64,000 nucleotides of DNA from Hypanus sabinus (lineage: Eukaryota). The stretch spans positions 95,666,001-95,730,000 of the forward strand of contig NC_082718.1 of the NCBI RefSeq assembly GCF_030144855.1, in the 5' to 3' direction. Numbering within the stretch: position 1 is the stretch's first letter; every line of letters starts with the position of its first letter. The notes beneath the pieces are model-generated. The model did not search any database. It was not told the DNA's origin and saw only the letters and a program-made list of their open reading frames with translations. Positions 63,191 to 64,000 of the stretch are shown piece after piece. Both the position numbers and the translations under genes were made by a program.

Positions 63191-64000
63191 TTCAACACAC
63201 AGAAAATGCTGGAGGAACTCAGCAAGCCAGGCGGCATCTATGGAGAAAAGTACAGTCGACATTTCGGATTTCCGGCATCTGCAGATTTTGTTCCCTTACT
63301 TGGTCAGGGAAGTGAAAAGCCAGTCATATTCTGGGGAAAGAGGCATGTTGAATTCTATGATTGCTTGGGGCTCAATGGGAGTGGAAAAGAGTAGGCAATG
63401 GGATTCCACGTGGTTCAGTACTAGATAACTTGTTTTTCACGTTGCAGTGACCATGAAGAAGTTTGCAAAAGATGTAAAAAAGATGTAAAAAGGTGAAGAA
63501 AACTGTAGACCCGAGGCCAGTATCAATGCAAAAGTAAAATATTCCAGATGCTGAAAATCGGGGGGAATAAAACAGAAAATACTCTGTATACTCAACAGGA
63601 TCTATGGAGAGAGAGAAACAAAGTGAATATCTCAGTCCACTGACTTCTCATCAGAACCCCTCACTGTGTATTAGTGGACTTGTAAGGCAAGTGGGAAAGT
63701 GATTTCAATCTGCTGAAGTGTGAAATGTATTTTGGAGAGGGGAAGAAAGCCAAGGCAGCAGCATCACATTGAGAATTAGAGAGGAACAGAGACACCTTGA
63801 AATGCATGTCCACAGACCCCTGAAGATTGCAAGACATGTAGAAAGGCACATGAGACACCTTTGTCTTTAAATAGGCTTAGACACAGAGTAAAAAGTGATA
63901 ATGTTAGGACTGCCTTAACTACTGATTAGGCCACAGTTTGAACAATATGTAACTATTGTTTCACCACATTACTTAAGATGGTTGCAGAAATGCAAGGTCC

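Noticed and set aside
1-64000. CRISPR arrays, tRNA/rRNA genes, prokaryotic operons
   Set aside because: None seen. Direct repeats are LTRs, TSDs or short tandem duplications, and tRNA-like bits are SINE heads and PBSs.

Overview
Repeat-rich vertebrate genomic DNA, most likely from a cartilaginous fish (inferred from the repeat families). Two spliced protein-coding genes lie on the minus strand in the same order and orientation as in mammals. BRI3BP is complete (3 exons, 33858->26730, 232 aa). AACS is represented by exons 1-3 (5449->442) and continues off the left edge. Each has a CpG-island promoter. The rest is mostly transposable elements: Penelope-like elements whose pseudo-LTRs carry minimal hammerhead ribozymes, a young 2.9-kb non-autonomous BEL/Pao LTR element, an old retrovirus-like element with a spuma-like RT, a truncated Gypsy, solo LTRs, L1/L2/CR1/RTE LINE remnants, and hAT and Harbinger-like MITEs. 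Three observations stand out. The BEL element has lost all its catalytic domains yet keeps one stop-free 498-aa ORF. The retrovirus-like element combines a spuma-like RT with a CCHC gag and a tRNA-Leu PBS. Two LINE insertions show twin-priming inversion with TSDs, one of them outside the L1 clade. No CRISPR, rRNA or tRNA genes were seen. All assignments come from reading motifs by eye and no searches were run. Boundaries of degenerate repeats are approximate.
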